Of a stretch of 64,000 nt of DNA, positions 36,301 to 51,300 are shown one piece after another. The notes beneath the pieces were generated by a model. It had not been told where the DNA came from. It ran no database searches and was given only the letters and a program-made list of their open reading frames with translations. The translations under genes and the position numbers were made by a program. The first letter of the stretch is position 1. Each line of letters starts with the position of its first letter. The stretch spans positions 310,001 to 374,000 of the forward strand of contig JBEUKZ010000016.1 of NCBI GenBank assembly GCA_048128005.1, in the 5' to 3' direction. Source of the DNA: Veleropilina oligotropha. Taxonomy: Eukaryota.

Positions 36301-39300
36301 GCAAAAAAAGAAGTGTACAAAACGAGAACTATTAAGCCTGCTGGGACACTTGAACTTTGCTGCTCGCGTTGTGGTCCCCGGCAGAACTTTTATATCTTAT
36401 CTGTTGACATTATCGACATCGGTAAAGGAACTTCATTATCGCATCACCCTCAGTGCCCTGTGCAGATTGGAATTACAGCTCTGGGTGACTTTTTGCAATC
36501 GTGGAATGGATGCAACTTGTTTATGTCCGACAAAAAAACTTTGTCCTCTGATCTCAGTTTGTTCACCGACGCCTCCGGATCACGTGGATTCGGTGGTATT
36601 TTTGGTGATATGTGGTTTTCGGGAAAATGGCCGGATGACATTCGCACCCTGGACCCTCATCTTACCTGTTTGGCGCTATTGGAATTGTATCCAATCGTGG
36701 TTTCCGCTATATTGTGGGGCCACACTTGGACCGGTCAGAGGATTGTGTTCTCATGTGACAATGACGCTACGGTGCAAATCATTTGTAAAGGTCGCTGCAA
36801 GTCTGCACCAATTATGAAACTGATGCGTAGACCGACGTTTTGTGCCATGACCCATAATTTCATGGTCTATGCCATACATGTGCCCGGTAAAGTGAACTGT
36901 ATAGCTGATGCGTTATCACGCTTTAACTTTCAAAAATTTCGGGAATTGGCACCTTGGGCGAAACAACATCCAGAGACATTGCCTCCGTTCTCGGAAACAA
37001 CGTTGTACTGAACGACTGTGTGCATCATTTGTTAGCTCCGTCTACACACGACAGTTATCGTACCGGTGTGAAGTGTTACTTGCGATTTTTGGTGTTGAAC
37101 AATGTTGTTTTGCCTCAACACACCTTGCCTGCTGTGTCCGAGGACATTTTGATCTTTTTTGTGGCTCATTGTCATACTGTCCTCTGTGTCACTTATACCA
37201 CTATTAAGTTATATCTAAGCGCTATTAAATTTGCATACACTAAGGCAGGGGTTAGCAACCCTTTTACTTGCACGAATGGAGCACCGTTTTCACGCATTCA
37301 GGTGATCTGTCATGCAATTAAAAAGTTGCAGCCCCATAAGGAACCATCCCGCCTGCCCATTACAGGTGTTATTTTACTAAATATCTTCAATGTACTCTCT
37401 TCGGGAGTGTTCTCTCCTTTCAATGACATCATGCTTCAGTGCGTATGTTCTCTCGCTTTTTACGGTTTCCTCAGGTGTGGGGAATAATCTGAAATTCAAC
37501 AGCAACCTAGTTTACGTCCCAATAAACCTGCAGACCAAATTTGAATTCCTAGCTATTATGGTTTCCCTGATATCCTGTTCACGTCGTCGGAAACGGAAAG
37601 GGTGATAACTGTGTAAATATTCGGCCGAACCCGTACTTAGAATCTATGCATTACTTCTGCATTTGCGAAAAAGATGTGGAAAATATGTGGAAAACACCAT
37701 TTTCTTCATATATTTTGCATATGCAATATTGTAGTGCGTAGAATATGTGGAAAATTGGACAAGCCCATACATGTGATACCTCCCGCCGGGAGTATAATTC
37801 TCCCGAAATCGGCACCCCCAAAATGGCCTACTCCCGAAATGACAGAAATCTCACAAAATGACAAATTCCTACCGGAATATCTTGATTTCTCCCTCAAAGC
37901 TATTTTTGCAATGTTATTTCTTATCCGCAATAGTTTTGGAGTCGGTAAACGGAACTCGTTTAATAAGTCGTCAAATACAGTAGATGCTGCATGTAACAAT
38001 ATACCTCTACATAAATTGTGTAGATAGAACGCGATAGAGCATGAAGATTATTGTCAAAATATTCGTTTGATACTTCGTTTACCACAAGCACTCAGCGTTC
38101 TTTTGTTGAAACATTGAAGCGTGCTTTTGTGTAGATAGCGCAGTAATTTCGGGAACTACTTACGGAAATATACGAGTGTTTTCCGACTTTCATATCTCTT
38201 TATATTGCGTTACAAAATAATCTCGCACCGGGTATTTAAATTTGTACTATTTAATACGAAGATAATTTTCGAATCAACGTTGTGATCTATTTGATGTAGG
38301 CCCGTAGTTCACAAAGAATTAGATGTCAATAGAGCTAATAAAGCAAATTAATTGGGAATAAATGCTATGAAAACGTCCATTGTTTAATTACTCATCAAGA
38401 TTTTCATTAGATTTGCCAAATAATAGGGATTAGCGCAACTGATATGCTCTGACCTCGAGTGATTTAATACAAGTTTGCGTTTATCGGCAAAGTGCATAGC
38501 TATTAGGCCTAACCGCAAAGGTAATCTGGATTGTCCGCAAGAACTTTTAAAAATATAAGATGATTAATGATAATCGGCTTTTTTAGGTTTAATTTTGTTA
38601 TGACAACATATGTTACTATGCTGATCAAGTAATTAAGGCTGTGCATGTACTTTACTGAAGATATATACAATAAGAATTGTAAATATTTAAGGTTGTATTA
38701 TATAATTAGGGCTTCAAGATCTTTCAAGCTTGAAGCCCTATTGAAATTGTACCGGTTTTTATTCTTATTCTGACGTTTTTTTGTGGGCACTTTAGCGCGA
38801 AAACGGCTATAGCTACAGCTTTCAAAATTCATGTGTGCTTGGGCACATCATTGAAGCATTGCCTCGTTCTATTTTCAAGTTTCGGGATTTTATGCTTTGG
38901 TCGTAATCTTCAATTTTGTAAAAAAATATGACCTCTTTTCAAAAACGATATAAGTCTTACACGGCTTTCGAGATCGAGACAAAATCTTCAAAGGCATGAT
39001 CTAAACTATTGAGACAACAATCTCCTGGAAATGAAATTTTCATTTTTTCAATGCTAAGATCGCTACGGGCGTCCTAATCTTGACAAAATAAAAAATGACC
39101 TCTTTTCAAAAACGATATAAGTCTTACACGGCTTTCGAGATCGAGACAAAATCTTCAAAGGCATGATCTAGACTATTGAGACAACAATCTCTTGGTAATG
39201 AAATTTTCATTTTTTCAGTGCTAAGATCGCTACGGGCGTCCTAATCTTGACAAAATTTTGAAGTTTTTTCAATTTTTCATTTCTGCAGTATCTTTCAATG

Positions 39301-42300
39301 CACTCCACGAAATCTTTCCAATCTTCCAGGGTGAGTGCGCATCGATATCAAGTAATGTTTGCCGCAAAATTTTAGCCATTAAATGCCATGGTTTCGTCGC
39401 AATCTTTGATTTTTTGAAAACATTAAAATGCGCTTTTCTCAGAACTGAGTAGCGTGATCTTATCGACACTTGGTAGTTTTGACAAAGCATTATATCGGTA
39501 TATGTTGTTCTAATGGAATACTTTGTGAGACAAATTAAAAAGGAGTTATGAAGACATTAAATTTAATATTAAATTGGCTGTAACTTCTTTAATTTTCATT
39601 TATATGAAACGTGACGCAATTCATTTTATTCGTATCGAAAATATCTAATGTAATATCTATAGAATACATCGCTAAAATGAGTTGCTTGAGAGTTATTAGA
39701 CTTAGTTTTTTTAGATGAATATTGCTTCATAGCGCCTCTAAAAATCGTCCTTTTTCTTCCAGATTTTCGCATAAAATATACTATATAAAGATCGTTATAT
39801 TAGAGAATTGTGACAAGAATACAATAAGTACTTTCATTGTTTAAAAAATACTATTTTAATTCCTGGTCTCATTTCGGTGCGACCAGCTCAGTGCTAATTG
39901 CCTTATCAGATGAAGTAGGCAGTTTATGAGCCTGTCTCTTTGAGGTGTCATAAAGCCGCGCGGCAACCCTTTCCAGTGGACAGCAAGGCCCTTGAGAAGT
40001 TCTGCTATCAGGCTTAAGTAAACATTTAGCCAACAGAAGGCTACATGATTCATTAACTGTTAATATATGGTGAAAACATTGATATTCTGTTGGTCAGTCC
40101 AGTTGCGCATTCATTATTATAGATACTTCTTAATTTCCATCATAGGTTAATGCACAAGATAATAGATTTCATAGCATCTAGGTTTCAAAATTTTCCGGCC
40201 CCCCTAGCACTTTCGGCGTAGAAACGTTTTTATTTTTTTGTATTTTACGTCTTTTTTTTATTTCGTTTATCTGATTGAAGCCCTCACAGCTGCTCGCAGC
40301 TTTAATTATTTTATGGTGTTTAATATATATATATTTCATTATAATATTTATTGGTATTGTTTTGATTGCATAAATAAAATAATATTTCATTTCTATAAAT
40401 GCCTTTTTATTCAAATAATTTCAAATATATGACGAAATTGACGATAATATCCTCCGATAAAAATACTTCTGGAATCTCCTGGAATATTGACCCCAACCTC
40501 CTGGATTGGTATTTTGGGTTTATCACATGTATGCAAGCCATTTCTTGATGTGGAAATAATGTGGAAATTGAACATAGCCAATTTTCAATGCGTAAAAAGT
40601 GTGGAAATTGTTCCACAGATTAGCTAATGTAGCTTATAATCCATTGCATTGTATCTATTTGTTACAAAATTAATTTGCCTTGATAAGTCTAATAGAGTCC
40701 GTAACATCTAACTTTGTATGCATTGCGTGCACATGCACACATGCATATTGCTTTCACTACAAAATCACACACATTTCATTAATAATTTCGATCATGTCAC
40801 AATTTATGTTTTTATATGCGTCTACATAAAGCAGACAAATCCATATAGGTATATACTTTCTTTTGTATATAGTATTAAATGTACTTTTATATAAATTGTT
40901 ACATTTGTAAGTTGACATATATAATAGTACATATTTTTAAAAAGAATACACCGTCAGCTAGTCATATATATTGATTACAAATATTACCATGGCTTGTTAC
41001 AATGATTCAAAGAAATTTTGTTCCAGCTGTTACATAATGATAGATTTGTTGTCCGCATTTGGAGACAAATTGAAATAATCATATACTCAGACCAGAGAAA
41101 ATATTTGTTATTTTAACGCCTCATATTGAAAATGTGTGGAAACATTGTTGAAAATGTATGGAAAAAGTGTGGAAAATGTGTGGAAATTAATTTTCCTTAA
41201 ATAATGTTACGCACTTTTTCCGTGTCCAATACTCGGCAGTATGTGGAAAAAGTGTGGAAAAAGTACGTATTTACGCACATATGTGCGACACATTCACGTA
41301 GAATGTGAATATGGGAATAATCTGAAATTCAATAGCAACCTAGTTTATGTCCCACTAAACCTGCATACCAAATTTGAAATCCCTAGCTGTTACGGTTTTC
41401 CTGATATCCTGTTCACGTCGTCTGTATACGGACTGACGGACTACGTAACGACATAATCCCATCATTTTTTCAAAACCGATGGGATAATAATGAGGTCTCT
41501 AAACGATCACCTTGTCTGATTTCTGAATTAGCACATTCACACATGATAATCGGATTAAAAATCTACTGTCCAGAGTTTAAATGACAGACTTTTGTGTTTA
41601 TCTGAATGCAAAATCAAAGATTTGAGGCTTACGAATCAATGTAAAAGATGTCGTTACATATATTCATGTGAACATTACTTAGTTCGCCGATAAATTACAT
41701 AATTATAAGACAACAACAACACTTGTAACAATTAGCGTGGCTGTTCTTTCAAAATGAAAAATATTATCTCCCTTGTTTTCATAAACATAGTTAAGTCGTT
41801 GCGACCTTTGGTGATTTAATTATTATTTTAATTTACATGTGAAGACAATGTCTTCTAAAGTTTTTTTATATGATATCATAATATACTGAAATAATTAAAT
41901 CTCGCTAGAAATAATTATTCAATAATTGTACAAAATAAATCGATTCGAGATTAAAATATACGATAATTTTTCAACATGGCAGCCAATAACACGACACATG
42001 TTCAGCAGAAGAGAAACGTTCTGAATATGAATTTCCACACAATAGTAATGTATGGAATGCGACAAAACGCTTTTGAAACCCATATCATGCAATTCTACTA
42101 AAACAGGCTTATATATTAGTCACCTTCAGGTAGAATAACCACAAAATATTGTGTATACAATCCGTATTTACGGAAGCAAAATACATTACGCAAATTCTTC
42201 CTGAAAAATAAATTTATTACAAGAAAATATATTTATAATAAAGAACCATTTTAAATTCAAGTAATTATCGTCGGTGATTTCCGGCGAAAAACAATTTCCG

Positions 42301-45300
42301 ACATTTACCAAATGGTTAAACGCATAATCTGGATAATCGCATAAATAATCGCGACAATCTCGCTATGCAATAAGCGGAATCCACTGTACATGAATTTATT
42401 GAAGGAATATATATGAGCACCAAAGCTCTTCAGATGAATGGATTAATTACATTCGCCCACGCAGTGGTGGGAGAAGGTATAATGCAATCGGATTGATTTG
42501 TCTGTCTGTCTGTCCGTGAGCATATCTCAACAACCATTGATCCGATTTACTTAATTTTTGTACACGAGATAGGGTCCACCATACGCTCGGTCCTCCTCAA
42601 AGATGATCCGAATCGGAAAGCGGATTCGGATTTTATGAAGTAATTTCCGGTTTGCGGATTGTCTGTCCGCTGGCATATCTCAACAACCATTGATCAGATT
42701 TATATCCTTTTTTCTCACACGGTATGGCCAACCCTAAACTCGGTCCTCTTCAAAGATGATCAAAATCGGAAAGCGGATCCGGATTTTACGACACAATTTT
42801 CGGATTTTCAGCTATATTTTAACAACCATCGAACCGATTTTTCCACTTTTTTGACACAAGATAGGGTCAACCCTAGGACCGGTCCTCCTTAAATATGACT
42901 GGAGTCTGAAAGCGGATCCCGATTTTAGGACACAATTTCCTGTTTCCGCATTATCGGCTCTAATTAACTCAACGACCAATGAACCGATTTACTTATTTTT
43001 TTAAACAAGATAGGGTTCAGTCTATGATCGGTCCTCATTACAGATGATCGGAGTCGGAAAGAAGATCCGGAGTGTATGTCGCAATTTCCAGTTTGCGGAT
43101 TTTCGGCTTCAGTACTAGAACGTATCAGTATTATGTAACAAACTTCAAATTAGGCTCAAAATGTTCTTCAAATTAGGCTCAAAATGTTCTTCAACTACTA
43201 TTCGCAAAGATTTCTAGCGTCCACCATTCCTTGCCACCTGGGCGAAGGTTTGCAATTTCGGATTGCCTTGTTAAGATATATGATATAAGATCAAAATTGT
43301 AAAAAAATAATTTATCTTATTTCAAAGTTATGAGCAGAATTAACTTGTAAGATTTTCAGAGTAAAATGATTAGGACAATGGTTTGAACATCATCAAGACC
43401 TTCAATAAAGTTGTGGAATGAAGAATTACGTTCATATAAAACTTTTCAATGGCATATATTTCTCGGGTTAAGATTTGATAAATTTAAATTTATCAAATTT
43501 AAATCAAAATTTAAAACTAAATTATTTCATTTTCAGTACCAATTAAACGCTTCGATACTGGATAGCAAACATTCTGCTGACATATCAATATTTGGGAAAA
43601 TATATTTCTATTGGGTCTGTCCCCAATGTTGCCTTTACTTTATATAAACCAAAAACCCAATTTTTCCGTATATTATCCCCACTCCGGGAGGTAATTTACG
43701 ATCAATATTTCACTGTTACTCTTCACGGCAATGAAATGTCTTGTTGTTTGTTATCCACGTATTTTATCATGTAAACAATTTTTCTGTTGTCGTTGATTGA
43801 TCACATTTTTATGTTTTTGCACCATATGTTACGGAAACAAATTTATTTTACTGTCAAGGCTTATGGTCTCACAACAGGTGTCTACGAGGTCAACGTGCAA
43901 AATCAATGAGAGATTCGAGTACATACCATCCATTATCCATGATTTCACTGAGATATAAAAGACAAATGTTAAACATATTGCTTAACTGCCACATGTGTGC
44001 TAATAAATATAATTTATTACTAAATAGTTCAAACTGTCAGGGAACATCCTGGTTGAGTGGATACGATGCTGGTCTACGAAGTTGAAGTTCCTGGATTCAA
44101 ACACCGGGAATTATTTTATTCATTATCACTGTCTCCATTGCACACGGCACCAACTCATTTCAACATTTCAAGTTGATTGACCAGATTTATTACTGAAATG
44201 CTGTTGGCGTGGTTGTTAAACAGCAATTTCTCATCATTTTCATCCCTCATTAATTTGCCAAATAGACATTTAACAAGAGCCCGTTAGAAAACTGATTTAT
44301 CCCCCGCCTTCCGCAATCACTCTGATATAAACTTTAACCAAAATTTCTATGTCCCAACACATCAAGTTTCTTCAATATATATACAAAATAATATTCAATA
44401 TCATTGCCAGAGTAAAAGGTGGAATCAATATAAGGATCACCAAAGAATATGTATGCAATAATGGAGCAGAACGGAAATGTCAACAAACACCTATTTTTAT
44501 GCAATAATTATATTAACTTTAATTCAGCATCACTTCCATAGTATCAGTTGACATTCATATTATCAATACCAAAGCATATATACACCAAAATGTTGTTTCA
44601 GCAACCCATATACACTCAATGAAAAACGTTAACCAGAAACTTTAACCAAAATTTCTATGTCAAAAACACCTACATTTATGCTATAATTATATTAAATTTT
44701 ATTCAATCTCACTTCCAGAGTAGCAGGTGTCATCCATATAATGCCTACAAAAGCATATATATGCCAAAAAGTATCATAGGCAAGCTACATACACTCAATT
44801 CGAAACTTTAACCAAATTGTTTAGGATGGACGGACGGACAGGGCAACAACATCCCTCGCTGCCTTCGGGCGGGGGATAAAAACGGATTCATCCCTCGCCT
44901 TCCGCAAACAGTCTGATATAAATTTTAACCAAAACTTATATGTCCAAACACATCAAGTTTCATCAATATTTATACAAAATAATATTCAATATCATTGCTA
45001 GAGTAAAAGGTGTTATCAATATAAGCATCACCGAAGAATATGTATGCAATACTGGAACAGAATGGAAATTCACTCAACTTTACCAAAAATTTCTATGTCC
45101 ACAAACACTAATTTCACATGTTATTTATATTATAAATCACTTGCAGATGAGGGAGCAGCATCAATATAGTCAACACTAAAGTATATGGATGTAAAACAGT
45201 GCATAGAACAACCCATATGCCCATCGAAAAATTTGTACAAAACTAGAACCACAAACACCTATTTTATGCAATAATTATATTAAATTAATTCAGCATCACA

Positions 45301-48300
45301 TCAGTTGACATTCATATTATCAATACGAAAGCATATATACACCAAAATGTTGTTTCAACAACCCATATACACTCAATGAAAAACTTGAACCAGAAACTTT
45401 AACCGAAATTTCTATGTTCAAAAACACCTACATTTATGCAACAATTATATTAAACTTTATTTAATCGCACTTCCAGAGTACCAGGTGTCATCCATATAAC
45501 GCATACAAAAGCATATGCCAAAAAGTATCATAGGCAAGCTACACGCACTCAATTCGAACGTACGCATGGACATGGCAACAACAATATCCCCGCTACCCTT
45601 CGGGCGGGGGTAACAAATCTGATTATGTGCCATTCACATTTGAGCTGCGATTACACGTGACTATGTCAGTCATGTAAAACCTTGAGCGGTCTTGGAATTT
45701 ATCTGTGATGTCAATCTAGCAGTCGCACAATAAGACCTGGCCCCAACTCTGCTGCAATCTGTAGCAGACTGATAATAAGACTGTAATACGAATTCAAAGA
45801 CTGCCTACGATTGTCAATGAAGAGTTGCACAAATAGACACGCTTAATCACAATGACCGTTACAGCATCTGGTTCTTGATATATGGTGGCGATGAAGACAC
45901 GTTTAATTGCAGGACTGCCGTATGACTTTTATGACTATTCGCATGACTTGACTAGTCACAGTCACCTGAAGAGGTCCACGATCAACCATGACAACGTAAG
46001 ACTTGTAACACAGCAGTCGCACGACTATTGAGATTTGTACGTTGTGACCTAAGACCAGTCATGTCCAGTTTATTCGCAGACAGAATTTTGAACATGATAA
46101 AAAAACCTCCCCACAAACAAACCCCAGACCTCCCACGACCAGTAGCATTTGGGTTGACTTGTAGTAAAAGTTTTCAATGATCGCTTTCGATTTGCTGTCG
46201 TAGTCGATTGTAACCAGTTGTAAGTTGTCCTATCTCAGTGTGACTGGGGCTTAATTAACATGATCAAAATCTCTCCAAGAACGAATTTGGTCATGCGACT
46301 ACCATATATAGTCCATTCAAGACCACCCAGAACTTGTGGCATTACATTTCTACGATTCTTGCGATTTGCAGTTGCAACCGTTCGTATCGTGTTGTAAGAT
46401 GTCTATCTCTAAGAGCATGTGCATGGGGCTTTACATAACTTGACTGTGCAGCACACACCAGAAATATCTTGATACAAAATGGCCACATATCATCCTGAAT
46501 GATAACGACGAAAATCGCATGATCATATAAAACTGTTCACTGTTAATTAAGCTTACACAATAAATCTCACCGTCTTGAAACGGAAAACGATGAAAATCGT
46601 TAAGCATCATCATAATCATAACTAATGTGGATATCATATGTTCAGAAAATCGGACTAGAACCATAATTTGACTGTAGCCTAGTGCACACCAGAAATATCT
46701 GCATAAAAACGATGACTAAAACATGCTAACCCCTTACCATTGTCGAGGAATACAATCAGCATTATATTCAGACTGCTCTTGTTACTAATTAAGCTACCAT
46801 TTTCTGCTGCCCTACCTGTCCGGCTTATCCGAGTTGCTACCCGTGCTGTCCTTCCGACGTTTGGATCGACTCTGCTGGCGGATGAAGTTCACAGACTCTG
46901 CCAGTTCCCAGTCCAGCTTGAAGACCTCCCGATACAGCAGCTCGTACACCACAGCTGGAACAGCACAAAGATCAAGGATGATCGACAGATATGATGTGAC
47001 AAGCAAGCAAACGTTCAGCCATTAACCATTGTTACTTCTAACTCATCGAACCAAGGATTTGATTTGAATCAATTTTGCTATACGGCCACTGTTTGACAAT
47101 ATTTCTGTCTTATCAGTAGCCGATGGGACCGTATCTTAGTGGTTATGATTCTGGACCGTGACGCTAGCTATCAGAGATAGATTCCAGGGAGTGCCGATAA
47201 TTTGTCACACTGGTATACCTTGTCAGCATTGCACACAGTATCCATCTGTCGGATGAGACGATAAGCCGGTGACCTCGAATACAGATACGAATGCCATAAT
47301 GTTAAAATGTGGTCGTAAAACTAAATTGATTCAAATCAAATCGTATCCTGTTCCAAAGTTAAAAAACTTTTCACAAAGAGCATGGCATTTATTATCTACC
47401 ACTCACACTGGGCTAAAGAGCATGATATTTATTATCTACCACTCACACTGCGCCAAAGCAGAATGCTGCATGACATATTTAGGATATACGCTGTCATAAT
47501 GGTTTCCATCAGTAAAGCACAGAACAACCTGAAAAATAAACAAGTATATTAAACAAGAACACGTCTGAAATACTCAATATATCGGTTATCTGGTTAATAG
47601 AGAAAACGTTTTGTCAAATCCAATTCCATGATAGTATATATAATTTCATTTTCGTTATGTCGTCATATCATCTTGTCATCTTCTTCTGTTGTCTTATAAC
47701 AACCTCACTTGGTATAGAGACGCGGCATGTATAGATGTAAAAACAATTACAATACATGCCGTAAATATGTGGCATGCGTGTATACTTTCATAGGTTTCAG
47801 ACTTGACAAAATAAGATACATCTTAAAGCGGGAGGAAAGGAGGGGGGGTGGAAAATGGGGGATTTCAGCGAAATCAGGCAAGTGTGAGGGGGGATGGGGA
47901 AAGAGAGTGAAAATGGGGCGAGGCAGGAAATAGGTGATTTCAACGATAGGGGGGGGGGGGGGGGAATTTCAGTGAAATCAGGCAGGTGTGAGGGAGATGG
48001 GAAGGGGGGGGGGGGGGGAATGACGTGGTAATTACGGGGAGAAATGGGGGAAACTGGAGGTGGGGGAAATAGGGGTGAGGAAAATGGAAGGGAAGGGGCA
48101 GGAATTGGGGGATTTCAGTAAACGGGGTGCCCGCTAGTTCAGTATAATGTACGATGCATCAGGATCATACAACACTATAATATTAAATACAGAGCTAATT
48201 GTACCAATGGCGCCAACAATTTTTCAGTCACAGTCATTCATGTACACCAATTATAAATGACACTGCATTGAAGAGGGCGCAGATTCTCCAACATCATTGA

Positions 48301-51300
48301 GTCTAACAGATTGAGGCAGAACCCCCCGGGATGGGATCTAAGGGATCGTGGAAGATCCCCCGGCATCATGGGGTCTAAGCGATCAAGGCAGATCCTGACA
48401 CCATGGGGTCTAAATGATCGAGGCAGATCCCCGACACCATGGGGTCTAAGGGATCGAGGCAAACCCCGGCATCATGGATTCAAGTGGATCAAGGTCGCTG
48501 GCTTTCGCGGTCCAGCGTTACAGCTTCCTCAGATTGTTCACACAGACTCCCGCCATGTAGCGCCTCTCACCTTCTTGCTGAAACCATTCTGGGTGACGTT
48601 ATTTGGCAAATTTCCTATTGACTGATAGATAATGAAATCTCGTCTGAAAGTATACAGAATCGTAGACACTAATTGCATGACCAAGTCTAAATAGCCACGT
48701 ACAGCAGAAGTGTAAAACTTTTATGAAACCATTTGTAGGAAGAATTATTTGATTTTCGCAAAGGTTTGCGATCTCGGATTGTCTTGTTATTGAGACTCTA
48801 TATGCAATATATATTATTAAAGAGATAGATGAACAATAATAGTAATATAATGACGCTACTAATTAATATTAATGTCTGTAATTATGGCCATGGCTACGAG
48901 TACATGATATCTGGTTTAATCGTGCACCTTACGTATGTTTATCAGTATCTGCTCTAACATTCATTGGCTACTTACTTATACAGTTGTGACAGCGCAGCGA
49001 TCTCCACTTGGCCCGCCCACTCCTGAAAATTGTTAAAGTGTCGTTTCATTTAATTATTACTTTGTGATTTGGTGTGCATAGATGTCGGAACGAGGGCCTG
49101 GTCATTCTGGAAACCCACCCACAACGGTCAGTTTTATGGACAGCTATGACAAACAATTAATATTGTACCTGCCCATGAATGTCTATTTATAATCATTCTT
49201 GTAGTTATGCGTGATGATGTGATGTAACACTCCCAGTGCTGCAACAACGTTTTAACAATGTTTCAGTCGTATTAATAATTTATTGTATGGGTCGGTGTTA
49301 TTATGCAGGGTTCATTATCATTATAATATTTTTCATGTGAGTGCATGCCAATTGTAGACTGATCCCTCAGATTACCGATACTACGTAATCAGACGGCTTT
49401 TAATTCCCACGGAACCTGAACAGTCGTAAGCATGATCAGCCATTGGATGATTTGACCAAACTGAATCGGACGCGACGTTACTTAAATATGGTGATCAACG
49501 AGAATCAGTGGGCATAAGAATCCATGCGATTTAACCCAAGCCGAATACATTAGAGATACCAGTACCTTAGGAAACTGGAGAATATAGAGGTGGTGGTCGA
49601 AGGATCCATCAATGAACTGAAACATTCAATAAGATAAACACATTTAGATTCAACGAATAATGTCGTTATTTAATGCTGCTTAGGTAAAATTCAAGTGTTA
49701 CAATTCAGCAATTGGCTTTATAATTCAGAATAAATATAATATATGGCATATTATAATGTACTTTGTTTTACTCTTGTTTTGAACGGTCAACCGATCTTTA
49801 ATTTTATATATTCACCCTTCTGGAGAACACCAGGATATGTCCATACATGCCATATTGACGCAGGAGGATAACCTGGTCGCACGGGAAAACCAGCCTACAT
49901 GGGCCTGTTATGGACAACTGATAAGGTTAACTTACTACTGTTAGACAGAGCGACCACTTACATATCCCGGTATTATAATTTGGCGAATTAGCTACAAGCT
50001 ATAGACTGTACATTATGCCTATTTTGACCGAAATTCATAAATTAGTGGAGGGATCTATCAATTTATCGCTGGCTGGGTATCGCTTTCGTGATCCAGCGTA
50101 CTGTGCTCCATTATAGTGTCCAGACCTACGGTTTTTAGATTAGGTATTTTCTGAGGCAAATTTATGAACAAAATTACTTAATATAATCGAGTAATTTGGT
50201 ACCACAACTGTCTCATGATTTTGATCCCCAAGTACATAGACAAACGGTAATATCACTTACTGGTTCAAACAGTTGCCGATGCGTGTACAGATACTGAACG
50301 CATGCCCGGCGAACGCCAAGGTGGTTGGCCTGAGTAAGGAACAGCTGAAAGTATAGCAAAAATTATTTGTATAAAAAAAAATATGCTACTTGTTATTAAG
50401 TATAAACATTTGCACATTTTGTGTTCACCGCAACTCAAATCTTCATAATTGCAGATTTCACCACAATTTTCAGGATCAGTAGAACTAGAACGCTCGATCA
50501 GTCACGAGTGACCGCATATGTATTCCCCGGTAATCCAGCATGGTGGCCATCTTTGAGGTCGGACCACATTCGCAATATTTGCGTGCCGTGTCCTCAACTT
50601 AACCATTGTCCAAGCCAAATTTGAAAACATTCCGTCAATTAAGAAATGATCTGTCTATAGAGCGATCACAAGGATTTATTTTTTTAAATCCAAGATAGAG
50701 GCCACAGCGGCCATCTTGGAGGACGGACCACACCCGAAATATATAGGTGTGGTGTCCTCACCCCAACCAATGCGCATAACTAGAGCTATCACATGAGTGA
50801 TCATATGCCCCCACGAAAGCGTTTGACCCAGGAACAGGCTGTTGCATACACACATGAAGTTTCATGTCCCTCAGTCAAATAGTATAGGAGATATGGAGCG
50901 GAAGGAAATTTTAGACCGAATGATGTCAAGTCTGGAAAGTTGGTCACGGTGACCTACTTTCAGTACGCGACATACCTTTCATTTATGACGCATTCACATA
51001 TGAAGTTTCATGTCCCTCGGTCAAATGGTATTGGAGATATGGAACGGAGGGGAATTTTGGACCAAATGTAATCAAGCATGAAAAGTAGGTCGTGGTGACC
51101 TACTTTTGGTATGCAACACACCTTTGGGTTATGACACATGCACACATGAAGTTTCGTGTCCCATGGACAATTAGTATGGAAGATATGGAGCGGAAGGGAA
51201 TTTTGGATTCAGTGCATTCAAGCATGAAAAGTAGGTTGCGGTGACTTACTTTCAGTACGCGACACACCTTTGGGTTATGACGCATGCACACATCAAGTTT

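Larger units (their letters stand above)
33570..37483 (+). mobile_element. 3'-truncated, decayed Ngaro/DIRS-order tyrosine-recombinase retrotransposon (left boundary approximate)
   Basis: gag-like, RT/RNase H and YR ORFs in order, with overlapping frames. Confidence 0.88.

Noticed and set aside
44038..44110. tRNA gene
   Set aside because: Only degenerate A/B-box-like sequence and no convincing cloverleaf. Probably a SINE head; SINE-like fragments also occur at about 910-1040, 4510-4710, 9830-10020 and 49830-49920.
48255..48485. CRISPR-like periodic repeat
   Set aside because: Degenerate head-to-tail minisatellite with no unique spacers and no cas genes, in a eukaryotic intron.
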